From Octopus vulgaris (lineage: Eukaryota), in contig OX597825.1 of assembly GCA_951406725.2 (NCBI GenBank), positions 16,926,001-16,990,000 of the forward strand: a stretch of 64,000 nt of DNA. The letters run 5' to 3'. The notes beneath the pieces were generated by a model. It saw only the letters and a program-made list of their open reading frames with translations. It did no database searches and was not told where the DNA came from. The position numbers were made by a program, and so were the translations under genes. Below, one piece after another: positions 42,719 through 57,234 of the stretch (position 1 is the first letter of the stretch; every line of letters starts with the position of its first letter).

Positions 42719-42776
<58 letters not shown>

Positions 42777-42785
42777 GTACATATA

Positions 42786-43160
42786 TAAAGGAGGCGTAAG
42801 ATATTCCAGGACAGATTTATGTTTATAAAAAAAACAGATATATAAAAACAGATAATAACTTAATTTATAAAAAAATGCTATGCCCATAAAAATATATCTT
42901 CTTTTCTATAATGTTATACAATAAAGCCACCTTCAACTTCAAAAAATGCTTTTATATGAGATCTAAATCATCTATATGATCGAAGCCAGTGGTCCTGATT
43001 CATTTTCGAGATTACTCTGACTATGGTAGCTTTCAAAGAATCTATGGGCGTGTTCAGTGAACTCTCTCTCTCAACAACGCACCACATATAATAGACCAAT
43101 GGATTGAGAACCGGGGAATTAGGAGGCCAATTGATAGGGGTTAAGTGATCCTGAGAAATT
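42786..43160 (-). mobile_element. maT/DD37D-like mariner transposase C-terminus and 3' end
   Basis: NWPPNSPVLNPLVYYMWCVVERE..DSLKATIVRVISKMNQDH matches WPPNSPDLNPLDYYVW. Confidence 0.85.
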
Positions 43161-43580
43161 CCCTGTAATAGGAAAAGAGCCTGTGGTAATCTCGCATGCA
43201 GCGATGGGCTAACATCCATGAATCAATCAAACTCTGAAACGTTTCTTTGGATTTTTTTCAGCGCTGTCAAGTTCGTCTTTCAAATATTTTTCATAGCAGC
43301 GTTTGGCTACTTTAACAGCAGAATCAAATAGTCGATCAGAGTTTTTGATACCGGCTAAATTCGAGTAAATCAAACGAACAAATTTGGAGAGATATCCCCG
43401 GTTCGGGGTGTCTGGGACATGGCGTTTCTTTTTAGCATCCAAATGAATTTTCATTTTCATACTCTCTAATTCAGAATCATACTCCTCTTTACATTTGTTC
43501 AACACGATAGCAAGTGCTCGCTTTTTTCCTATAGAATAATTCCATACGTCGCTCTCCGAAATACTTTTTTCGCTGCCATG
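43161..43580 (-). mobile_element. pogo/Tigger-like transposase N-terminal fragment
   Basis: ..KVAKRCYEKY..PKKRFRV / FD*FMDVSPSLHARLPQALF resembles KKRFR..GR/ FEWFIDVR..LKARLP at the CENP-B-type HTH; ATG at 43579 is out of frame. Confidence 0.6.
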
Positions 43581-44205
43581 ATGTTATGAAAAAAAGTTCA
43601 AAGAGAAATTAATTGAGTCGTGTTGATGTTGTTGAATCCCTATTCCGTAAAATGCCTGTTCTGTAAGGATAAACAGTTCGTCATTAAAGTTCTTAGTTTA
43701 CGTGGAATTTGTGTTGGTGATTGGTAGAGAAGCCGCAGAGAAATTAAAAATGAAGATTTGTTGACTACAATAAATTCACGGGTATGTTACAAACTGGGGC
43801 AATTGTTCAGCCTCTAGTGTCTTTTATTATCTCTGGCTGGTTGTAAAGCATATTTTCTGACAGCAATTTCCTTATTTTCTATTTGTGCTGAAGCAGGTGT
43901 GTTGTGTCTCGAAATGATTGATATTCATAGGGTTGAAGGTTATCAATGTCCTGAACTGTTGAAGGCTCACCCGCATGAACGTTGGCTCCATACACTGTGG
44001 ATGACTATTTTTTCTTCCATGCATCATGTAAACAAATAGAACACTCAAGGTTTTCTTCCTATTCCTGTCAACTGCTTCCTCTTTTTTTGTCATGCTGATT
44101 CACAATTTGTGTCAGTCAAAATAATAATGAATTCCCCAGAGTTTGTTGTTTTGTCACGGGAATTAGTTTAATCGAATCTCTCCTTCCCTTTAGAATGCTG
44201 GCCTT

Positions 44206-44245
44206 GTGCTATGCTGCATAGCACGGACAACGTGCTATGCAGCAT
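44206..44245. repeat. Perfect 15-bp-stem hairpin with overlapping palindrome
   Basis: ATGCTGCATAGCACG gacaa CGTGCTATGCAGCAT (44211-44245). Confidence 0.9.
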
Positions 44246-44431
44246 GGAGTTGTGGCCCATTACCTTCTGAGTTCAATTCCACTGAGGTTAATTCCTACGG
44301 GGTCGATAGAATAAAGCACTAATCCCTCCCTACAAATTGTTGGCTTTTTGCCACAACGAGAAATTATTATTTAAAAATTTGTAGGCTGTGACCCTTGAAT
44401 TTTTTCTAAAACCAAAATCAATTATTTAGCT

Positions 44432-46206
<1,775 letters not shown>

Positions 46207-46406
46207 GCGATGGGTAGATTGTCGCCATTTTATATTTTTAATTTCGCGCTTGCGAAGTGGAGGAATGAAAATAGACGTGAGATATGCAGGGATATTGTAT
46301 TCTCATTCGCATAATCACCGAACCTTCCCATAGCACTTACTCAGCATTACCTGACACCTTGGGGTCTTATTGAGACCAAAATGTGGATGCTGAGAATCGT
46401 GGGCTC

Positions 46407-46549
46407 ACTTAGCGGTTCGCCAAACGAGGTCGATCAAATGACGTAGCGTTTCGCCACACGAGATCGATAAAATGACTTAGCGGTACGCCAAACATGATCG
46501 ATGAAATAACTTAGCATTTCGCCAAACATTATCGATAAAATGACCTAGG
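46407..46549 (+). repeat. 34-bp minisatellite, 4.2 units, SINE-derived
   Basis: ACTTAGCGGTTCGCCAAACGAGGTCGATCAAATG-like units at 46407, 46441, 46475, 46509. Confidence 0.9.
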
Positions 46550-46573
46550 TCATTTCAGAACATTTATAAATAA

Positions 46574-46621
46574 GTCTTACAGCTGTTTCCGGGCTATTTT
46601 ATATATTCCTTCATCGGAGAC
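46574..46621 (-). ncRNA. Minimal hammerhead motif
   Basis: gtct CCGATGA aggaatat..atagcccg GAAA cagctg TA agac; stem I gtct/agac, palindromic ACAGCTGT. Confidence 0.65.
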
Positions 46622-46887
46622 GGCGTGGGAAAATGTAGAACACACTTGCCGATGATCCTACGCTATGGGACTGAACTTTTCAGCGGACTGGATAATCTAT
46701 TATATCGACCCCAGTACTCGACTAGTATTTGTTTTATTAACCCTCAAAGGATGACAGTCAACCTCGAGCAAGATTCAATAAGGAGGGAGGGTTGAAATGA
46801 AAGCGGGGCTGAGACTTAGAAATTAATGGGTGGTATTGGAAAAATTGTATAAGCGGAGAGGGGGACTGCAACAGAGCTATAAAAGAT

Positions 46888-46917
<30 letters not shown>

Positions 46918-46918
<1 letters not shown>

Positions 46919-47127
46919 ACGTGGTGGTACGTTGCAAACTTAATGTGACAAGTCCTTACTACTACTTAGCCCTAGGAAGCACCGCTTCCTGTAGGCTTGA
47001 CACATCTCCTGTGTCCTTATGTTTATTTAGAGGGAGGTAAGCACCTACACCCAGCAAAATCAGCACCGAGAGGCTAGTTTTTGAGTCATTGCTGGTCATC
47101 GGTCATTAGTCTGGAGTAGCACGCCAT
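46918..47127 (+). mobile_element. Relative of the 27181-27460 fold-back arm, in (TA)n
   Basis: AACTTAATGTGACA..TTAGCCCTAGGAAGCA..GCTTCCT..TTGACACAT.TCCTGT.TCCTTAT. Confidence 0.7.
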
Positions 47128-47153
47128 ATATATTTAATATATATATATGTGCA

Positions 47154-47189
<36 letters not shown>

Positions 47190-47214
47190 CATGTATGTAT
47201 GTATATGTTTGTGT

Positions 47215-47369
47215 GTCTGTGTGGTAAGAAGCTTATTTTCCAACCACATGGTTTCTTGGTTCAGTCCCACTGCGTAACCCCTTGGGCAAGTGTCTTCTAC
47301 TATAGCCGCGGGCCGACCAAAGACTTCTGAGTGGATTTGGTTGGCGAAAACTGAATGAAGTCCGTCGTA
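47215..47369 (+). mobile_element. SINE family A 5' half
   Basis: Matches 55838-55990. Confidence 0.85.
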
Positions 47370-47371
47370 TA

Positions 47372-47445
<74 letters not shown>

Positions 47446-48659
47446 ACACACGTACACACACGTACACACAGATGTCATTACTTATTAAATATAAATATTA
47501 TACGAAAGGTGTATTTGTCGAAAATATATAGAAATTAGTCTTATAACTATTGTGTATAATAGAAAGAAAGTTCTTGTGAAACTGACATAAATGTTGAGGA
47601 GATCAAGATCACTGTTTCTTTAACCTTCGCAGTTGTTAGGCTCCGTGTAAAATAGCAATTGGTGTTTTTCAGGGAAATTCTTGCCCGAAGCTACATAACA
47701 TCTGTAGCTGAGATTTCGAATGAAAAATCTAATATTAATATTGATGTTTGAATGACTCCTGTTCAAATTCTCATTAGAGCCATACACAGCATGAAAACTA
47801 AAATTTCACCGTACCAACGTATGATGATTTGCTGTTGGGTCGTCGACGTCGTTGTAGCTATTGATGTTGCTGTTTACCCAACAGTCTGTTATGATTAATT
47901 CGTGTTTTAACTGGAAATATTTTATCTATGACGACATTATCAATCTGTCGTTCTTTCAGTTTTATAAAAAGACAAGCAAAACAGGAAATTTGTAAGAAAA
48001 AAATCTAAATTGTGAATTTAAAAGTGTTAGATCAGCTTGAACAGTGCAAGCACGATTATAAACAGCCAACAGTAAACATGTTTGTGTGTGTGTGCTTGTA
48101 TGTTTGTGAATCTGTGTGAGTGTCTTTGCCTTTTTGTGAGTTTGTGTGTGTGTGTATAGATATGAAAGGTAAAAATTACGATTATCAAAATTTTATGTTA
48201 CTTCCTCCGAACGTATGTGTCCGCATTGTGGTTATTTATATATAACACCACAAATATACTGGAAGCAGGTAAGATGAGGATTATCTACGCACAGCTCTAA
48301 ACTCACAGATAGCATCGTATATCTGACTGTACACAGACAAACTATGTTATACTATACACACATAAACATACGCACACGCATGTATGTATATATATATATA
48401 TATATATATTAATAAATAAAATAAACATATGCATATATATAAGCATATATGTACGTACCTACCTCTACATGTACATATACACGCAAATATGAGTACAGGA
48501 CACCAAAAAGGACGTCGAACACAATGAGAAACGAAAACATAGACACAAACCAAAGGAACTGGACATTTTTTTAAACAACAAAAAAATAGAGTACAGGACA
48601 ATTAACACAAAGAAATATATATCTATATATATATATATCTATATATATATATATATATA

Positions 48660-48881
48660 TTTCTTTACTATTAACAAGGGGCTAAACATAGAGGGGACAA
48701 ACAAGGACAGACAAGGCGATTAAGTCGATTACATCGACCCCAGTGCGGAACTGGTACTTAGTTTATCGACCCCGAAAGGATGAAAGGCAAAGTCGACCTC
48801 GGCGGAATTTGAACTCGGAACGTAACGACAGACGAAATACTGCTACGAATTTCGCCCGGCGTTTCTACCAGCTTGCCGCCT

Positions 48882-48882
<1 letters not shown>
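48660..48882 (-). mobile_element. SINE family B monomer
   Basis: Reverse complement of 32991-33221. Confidence 0.9.
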
Positions 48883-48955
<73 letters not shown>

Positions 48956-49224
48956 TGAGTGGGTGTGTATGTAAGGTATGTAAGGTATGTAAATGTATGT
49001 TTTCCTCTTTCTCCATCTAGGGCGAAGCGTACGATGTGATTTGAAGAAGAACAGGAAAATATTTCTCAAAATGAATGCGATGCAAACCTGCTCCATGAAA
49101 CAGACTACGAATAGCTTTGCCTGGATAGGTCGGAATTTTTGTTTACTTTACCGAAGTACTCCATACAATTATGCACATTATAAGCATTTTTGAGAGAAAG
49201 GAAGAGAAAAGGAAACTGAAGTAT

Positions 49225-49375
49225 TATGCGGTAAGAAGTTTCTTTACCAACCACGTGATATCAGGGTCAGTCACACAACATGGCATCTCCCACGAGTGTC
49301 TTCTACTATGATCTCCGGCGGACGAAATCATTGATAGAGGATTTGATAGACGAAAACTGAAAGATGCCCATCGTA
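49225..49375 (+). mobile_element. SINE family A 5' half, diverged
   Basis: GTGTCTTCTACTAT..GGATTTG.TAGACG.AAACTGAAAGA.GCCC.TCG. Confidence 0.75.
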
Positions 49376-49380
49376 TATAT

Positions 49381-49413
<33 letters not shown>

Positions 49414-49811
49414 CTAGCAGTATCGCCCGGCGTTGCTCGGGTTTGTAAGGGAAATAACTATATAAGCATTTTTAGAGAGTCATAGACAAAAATAGCAAAA
49501 AAATGCATTAAAAATGGAAAAAGAAATGATGGTAAATAATTTTTCAAATCGATGACTCATTCTAGACATTTTTAGAGAGTTACTTCCTTTATATAATAGC
49601 GAAAAATGCATTAAAATGGGAAAAAAATGATGTTAATTTTTTTCTTAAATCGTAGACTCATCTTAGACGCGTGCTAATACCCAGAAGGGCTCGATATGAA
49701 TCACGACTATAAGATACCCGGTTTTGGTTAAACTGCACCGGAAAATGTGGGAGTAGTTAGGAATCTAAATCGAAGGGGACAGACACACAACCTCTCTTTT
49801 ATATATAAAGA
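49414..49811 (-). mobile_element. Non-autonomous Helitron
   Basis: Minus strand 5' TCTTTATATATAAAAG..CCCGAGCAACGCCGGGCGATACTGCTAG 3', A|T insertion; 3' ~90 bp shared with 25672-26056. Confidence 0.85.
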
Positions 49812-49820
49812 TGTATATAT

Positions 49821-50306
49821 ATAATTTACCATTACAAAGAATGACAAGGGTGCCGTGAGTACCAGCATCGCTAAAAATAGAAGTTGTAGACCTATTAGCA
49901 TATGGTCTCTTTGTATTGACAGGGGAGAAAACCCTCCCCACTGTCAGGGAGATGCATTAGACTAGCATGCAAATTTCGTATAGGAAATTAATACTCGTCA
50001 GTAATGCTCACTCCATCACAGCTGGTAGAGGCCAACTCTCTCCGGTCAATATTATAGATCAACCCCATAGGAATCAGTGACTAATTTCACAAAATGGCAA
50101 TTGGAAAATTATAAAATTATGAAGGTAGCTAGCAGCAATTTAAAACCCACCTCTGTAATACAAAGAGGCCATTTGGTTTTCTATGACGAGAGGAGTTTAC
50201 GACACTTATTTCTAGAAATTCTGGTGTTTCCGCCACCTATGCCAATCTTAGTGACGGCGAATTAATTGCTTGCAGGTTTTAAATTGTGACTAGCTACCTT
50301 GATTAT
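49821..50306 (+). mobile_element. Miniature non-coding element with DIRS-like inverted arms and internal complementary region
   Basis: 49860-49925 pairs with 50150-50226; 50097-50147 is complementary to both termini; flanked by (TA)n. Confidence 0.65.
49947..50014 (-). ncRNA. Type I hammerhead ribozyme with extended stem I
   Basis: ggag-tga-gcatta CTGACGA gtat-taatttcct-atac GAAA tttgcatgctag TC taatgc-at-ctcc. Confidence 0.85.
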
Positions 50307-50339
50307 ATATATATACCGCTCTCTCTCTATATATAAATC

Positions 50340-50643
50340 ATATGATCACGTGACCGACCAGGCTATCAGATCTTGCTACACATCGCTGGTCACAATGCGC
50401 TCTGCATTGTTTTAGCCTTCAAATGACGCCACCACCGCTTGCTAAGCGAGCAGGCCTACAGAAGAAAGAGTGAGAAAATTGGTAGCGAAAGAGTACAACA
50501 GTGACCGCCCCCCCCTTTCCGGTCCCTCGTGCTACTTTAGGTGTTTTTGCTCAATAAACTCTCAGAACCCCGGTCTGGGAATCGAAACCGCGATCCTACG
50601 ACCGCGAGTCCGCTGCCCTAACCACTGGGCCATTGCGCCTCCA
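50340..50643 (-). mobile_element. SINE family C variant, full length, alternative 3' tail
   Basis: Head essentially identical to 37365-37437; tail matches 7161-7310. Confidence 0.9.
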
Positions 50644-50776
50644 CCTATATATATATAAATATACACCAAAATATATCCATGTGTGGGTGTGCGGGTCTTT
50701 GTGTCTGTGTTTGTTCCCCCAACACGGCTTGGCGACCATTCTTAGTTTGATTACGTCTCCGTAACTTAGCAGACTG

Positions 50777-50807
<31 letters not shown>

Positions 50808-51159
50808 AGACACACACACATGTACATACTCCTGTATCTATATATAGATAAAGAGTGGCCACGCACACACTCAGATATATATACAAAGATAAGTACGTAT
50901 ATATAAAACATAATTTTCTGCATATACTTATATTCATATATAGACACCCACGCATATTCTATAGTTTTTTTTTTTTAACTAATGCAGTTTCTGTGAATCG
51001 AATGAAAAAGGAAAATATACATACATATATATTTATATGTTTGCGTATGTGTGAGTGTGTTACTATCCGTGTAGGTTTGAGTATATCTGTATGTAATCAT
51101 ATCTATAAGTATATAAACACACATACACATATAATTATATAAGTACACGTGTGTATCAC

Positions 51160-51205
<46 letters not shown>

Positions 51206-52145
51206 AATATGTATATATATATTTATACACTCACACACATATATATATATATATATATACATATATATATACATATATATGTATATATATATTTACATAT
51301 ATAATATATATATGTACATGTATAAGATGTGTGTTTATATGTTTATATATATATATATATATGTAAGTATATATATATGTATATATATATGTATATATAT
51401 ATACACATACATATGTATATATATATACATACATATATATGTATATATACATACATATATATATATATATATAAATACATATACATATATACACATAGGT
51501 ACATGCAGACATATAAGCACACATATGAAATATGTTTTGTGTCTTTGGCGGATGGTTTGTTGGTGCATAGAACTATTTACATATATATATATATACATAT
51601 ATATATGTGTGTGTGTGTGTGTATATATATATATCCATACGAATATATTTATGCAATTAATCAAGTATTTATGCGTTCGCTCTTTGTACATATGCAAAAC
51701 TGACCCTCTTTGAAAGTGAAAAAGGAAATATCACAAATTCATAACCAAATTGCAATGCATTAATTACGCATACAAACACACGCATATGTTTACATACATA
51801 CACACACAAACATACACAAACACGCACTTTTAAATACGTGTATGCATATATATATGTATATACATTAACACATACAAATACTGTTGTCCTTTCATATGCA
51901 CATATGTTTATGCATAAGTGTGTGTATATGTATACACACATAAATACATATACATATATATAATTAAATCTATATTTACATTCCCCTCTCTCTCTCTATA
52001 TATATATGCATGTATATATATGTATATTTACGTATATATATATGTATATCTATGTGTAATTATATATACATGTCTTTATGTACGTATATATATATATATG
52101 TATATATATATTTGTCTATAGGTATTTATATATACTTGTATGTAC

Positions 52146-52192
<47 letters not shown>

Positions 52193-52405
52193 TGTATATA
52201 TGTATGTATATATGTACATATATATACCTATATATACACACACGCACATACACACACACTCACACATGTATATTACATACTTATACACAGAAACACAGAT
52301 CAACGCGTTTTTTTTTTCCACTCTTGTCTACAAGTGAGTCGATGAGTTGATGATTACTTTATATGAGCAAAACACACACACATACACACACACACACACA
52401 CACAT
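50777..52405. repeat. Extended low-complexity (TA)/(TG)/(CA) field
   Basis: Direct inspection. Confidence 0.9.
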
Positions 52406-53019
52406 AAAATACTAAAGGAAATAAGAAACAAAAAAAAACAGGAAACAAAATAATGCAAAAAAAAATGTTCATTTAAAACAATAGGCAAAATAAAATAATG
52501 TAAACGAAACATAAATCATAACCGCTATCTAAAATATATAATTAGTTCTAGTCTGATATTAATGCCTATGGTCGACCAGTTTTTGGCTGATAAAAGGGTT
52601 TATACAATTATTGTTCTGCAAGTCAGTGAAGCAAATGTGTCAGTGAAAACAAGAAACTAATTTAACAGTGGTTAGTTCAATATCAGCATTAAAAAGAAGG
52701 AAAAAAAAAAGTAAATAATAAAATAATGCGGTGTTGCTCAGCAAACAGAGCCGTTGATTCTGTTACCCTCTGTTAATCAATTTTCTTACACTAGTCTCTG
52801 GGGTGCGTGTTGGTATAATAATTATACCCAAGTCGCATTTAGGTGGAATTGGTGGGATACCGAGAAGAATTTGGTCAGTCTTGTCTTCGGATAAGGATTT
52901 TTCCCTGATTATGAATTTGCCAAAATCTAAGTAAATGGTTTTAGTTTCAAGAACTCGAAGTAATTGATTGTGCTAAATCACAAAGACATACACATATATA
53001 CCTAATGCGCACGCACACG

Positions 53020-53055
<36 letters not shown>

Positions 53056-53056
53056 A

Positions 53057-53108
<52 letters not shown>

Positions 53109-53137
53109 ATCTATATATATATATACATATATATATC

Positions 53138-53650
<513 letters not shown>

Positions 53651-54135
53651 ATTATTGTCCATGTGTGTGTGTATGTGGTGTGCCTGCGTATGTTTGTCTG
53701 TGCATGAGTACTCAAAACGCAGCTAATATTAACGCAGAAAACTCGATACGGCTTTACTGGTTTCAGTCATTTGAACACAGACATGGTGAGATACTGCTTG
53801 GCGATTTACGCCGATATATGATACACTTGTGGACCACACTCATAAAACCCGGTTCGATCTCACAGATTAGCAACTTGAGGAATGATTTATGAGAAAAGAA
53901 AACAACAAAACAAACAAAAAAAAAGAAACATCAGCTTATATACACCAAAAAAATATATAAGATCCAACACGAATTTCAAGGCTTAATAATTCTTATACAC
54001 GATGTATAATCAGCTACAAACAAACAGAAATATTTACAGCTCTGCCATGTGTAAATGCATCAGTTTTCGTTAAAACCATAAAGTTAGCTGTGTGCTGATT
54101 GAATTTTAAGTTTCTGTAGATGGAAATATCGATCA

Positions 54136-54588
54136 ATAACAGTATAGCCCGGCGTTGCTCTGGTTTGTTTTTAGTTGCGCTTAAAACAGCAGTCTTTGAT
54201 GTCGCGTTAACAAAGTTTTGACATAGTTTCAATCGGTATGAAAAGTAAAAATTTTGCATTATGTAGCTTCTTATTTTCTTTAAGTGAACATTTTTCTGGT
54301 TGAAATACACTGAAAAACGGCGACACGGCAGTCAAAGAATCGTTAAAAATAGGGATTTTCATAGAAAAAAAACCCACCTTTTCGATGTAAATAACTTTTG
54401 CTCTTAACATGGTCCGATTTGAATTGTTTCTTCTACGGAATGAAGAGTAAGCCTACTTCTATCATACTCTCAATTTTGGTCAACTTGCACCGCAGGGTCT
54501 CGGAGGAGATATTGTTAGTTGAAGGCTACCAAATCTGCGACACACACACACACAAACAGACAACTTCAGTTTTATATGTATAGATAGA
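54136..54588 (-). mobile_element. Non-autonomous Helitron, diverged
   Basis: CAGTATAGCCCGGCGTTGCTC 3' hairpin and TTTTATATGTATAGA 5' end as in the other two copies; CTAG terminus mutated. Confidence 0.75.
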
Positions 54589-55299
54589 TATACTCAGGAT
54601 GTGTCGTCCGTGGCTTTAGTCGATATGTCTGTTGATAGGGTCTTGCGAATCTCGCGTTTGTTTTCTGCAGCAGAAATGTGTCTCGTATGGACATTTGCTA
54701 AAGTGGGTTCGAATGACGTTCTTTTCCAGATTATTTTTTCTCAAGATTCTAGAGCTTCAGCATTACTTTTAGACTAAATCTGTGGTTTTCTGATTTACTA
54801 TATATAATATATATATAATATATATAATATATATATAATATATATTCTCTTATCTGTTACACACTCGCCACATAAGAATTTCATTAGTAACCGTATATCA
54901 TTGTATCCGATGTCACTAGTTTTTTCTTCCACAAATTATTTAATAACAAGAATTCAATAAATTGGGGCACTTTCGTGTGTAAATTATTATACTGTTTTTT
55001 TAAAAAATATTATTAGAATAGTCTCCAGAAGCATGGTGTGTAAAACTGATTCAGACACGAAAACAATACTACTGTGGGATAATGAATGGAATTAGACAAA
55101 ACAATAACGAATAACAAAACAATAAGACTTACACAAAGAGCCTGTGTACACATAAAAAAGCAGTATTCATAACCGTCCTACAGTGTTTAATAATAAGACT
55201 ACTCTTTCGAGAAAACAATAACAACTACTACCTGTCATTAGCCCTCAAAGAATGCATTTTACTGGATATTATCAATGACATTTAGAGTCAAACATTAAC

Positions 55300-55816
55300 T
55301 TTCATCATGTAAACGTTATCTGATTTTGTTCATTCGTTTCGACTTCATCCCTCTTTAGTATATTTACCAGCAAGATAAATCAACTAACGAACGCTTTTGA
55401 ATTACAAGTCAGTTCGATCAGAGCCAATTGGTGATTCAACCCTCAATATGTTTCATGCTATTTCTGCTGATGATCTTCATTGAAACTAAACTACAGGTAC
55501 ATGGTATAAAATGGAAAGGGGTTTTCAATATTTGAAAGTGTATTTTGAAAAGACCAACTTATTCAAAGCTTTGATAGTCACAAAAAGAATTCTCTTCAGA
55601 ATTGAAATGAAGAAATCTCACTCCACTGTTATACAAGGATTCGATTATTAAATTCTACTAAAATTGTTACGAAACAACTGGCAATATAAATCTAGAAATT
55701 ACTCAGTGCCGAAATCTTCTATTGATGCAACAATATGCATGCTATTTAAACTGAATATAGTTCGCTCCTCAGATACCAGGGATCAGAGAGATGCTCTGGA
55801 ATAAATTAATCCCGAC
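55300..55816 (+). pseudogene. Possible Academ-like (XPG-domain) transposase fossil
   Basis: MFHAISADD..TGTW.K..KG resembles FHA.SGCD.TS.F.G.GK; very decayed. Confidence 0.3.
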
Positions 55817-55825
55817 TATAATGTA

Positions 55826-56237
55826 GGCGTGGGAGGGGCTGTGTGGTAAGAAGCTTGCTTACCAACCATATGGTTCCAGGTTCAGTCCCATTGCGTGGCA
55901 CCGTGGGCAAGTGTCTTCTGCTATAGCCTCGGGCCGACCAAAGTCTTCTGAGTGGATTTGGTAGACGGAAACTGAAGGAAGCCTGTCGTATATATGAATA
56001 TGTATATATGTTTGTGTGTTTGTGTGTCTGTGTTTTTCCCCCTACATCGCTTGACAACCGATACTGGTGTGTTTACGTCCCCGTAACTTAGTGGTTCAGC
56101 AAAAGAGACCGATAGAATAAGTACTAGGCTTCCAAAGAATAAGTCCTGGGGTCGATTTACTCGACTAAAGGCGGTTCTCCAGCAAGGACGCAGTCAAATG
56201 ACTGAAAGAAGTAAAAGAATAAAAGAGTAAAAGAGAG
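55826..56237 (+). mobile_element. SINE family A, full length with 9-bp TSD
   Basis: TSD TATAATGTA at 55817-55825 and 56238-56246. Confidence 0.95.
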
Positions 56238-56817
56238 TATAATGTACCATGACTTCTGCGTTGGAACTTAAAGCCAACAGTAGACACACCAAATACTAAA
56301 CTAGTGGAATACAAGGAAGATATCGACGTTTGCTAATGGTAGATAACTCATTATTGCAGACAAAACATGGAAATCGAGGAGGTTAAAAAGAGTGGGTTGG
56401 GGGCTGAAGTTGAAGGAAATACTGCTTGGTTAAAATTGGTATCGAATCAAGATCAGTTGAATTGGTGCACGCAAACGCAGGACAAATAACTTATAGAAGA
56501 AGCGGATAGAGGCATGCAAGTATAAAAGGAAGATCAATAGATAACGAAGCCAGATCAATGGGTTCACTCACAATATAAGTTGAATGGCGAAGAAGAGGAG
56601 ACGTATTTGGAATTAGAAAAAAATAATTGTATCGAGATTTCAAGTTTTTGTTTTTTTACAATTGTTAAAATTTCCCAAGTTTTTCCTCTGGTGCGGAATT
56701 CTGAAACCAGACTTTTTAAATAAAGATAGAGATGACCGTATATGTGTATGAGTGTGCATGTTTGGGTATGTAATGCACGGTCACACATACACACACACAC
56801 ATATATAATTCTCTGTC

Positions 56818-56852
<35 letters not shown>

Positions 56853-56927
56853 TCGTATATATGTGTGCATGTATGTATAAATGTATGTATGTATGCATCT
56901 ATGTTTGTATGTATGTATGTATGTATA

Positions 56928-56986
<59 letters not shown>

Positions 56987-57176
56987 ATATATATATATAT
57001 ATATATATAATGATGTTGCCTATTACATTTGAACTAAAAAACATCACATGTCACACATATATGTAACTAATTGAAAGCATGTATGTTTGTTGTGAGCAAG
57101 TATGTGTGTTAACAATTCAATGTAATTACATGTGTATATCTGCGTTCATAACAGTTAAACATATAAACGATAAGCA

Positions 57177-57234
<58 letters not shown>

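Larger units (their letters stand above)
41878..42720 (+). mobile_element. Head-to-tail 1.5-mer of a 565-bp non-coding unit (retrozyme / Penelope pLTR-like)
   Basis: 41878-42176 repeated at 42443-42720; both ends in (TA)n; each copy has an HHR. Confidence 0.85.

Noticed and set aside
46407-46549. CRISPR-like 34-bp repeats
   Set aside because: Units are contiguous with no spacers, derive from SINE A, and the context is eukaryotic with no cas genes
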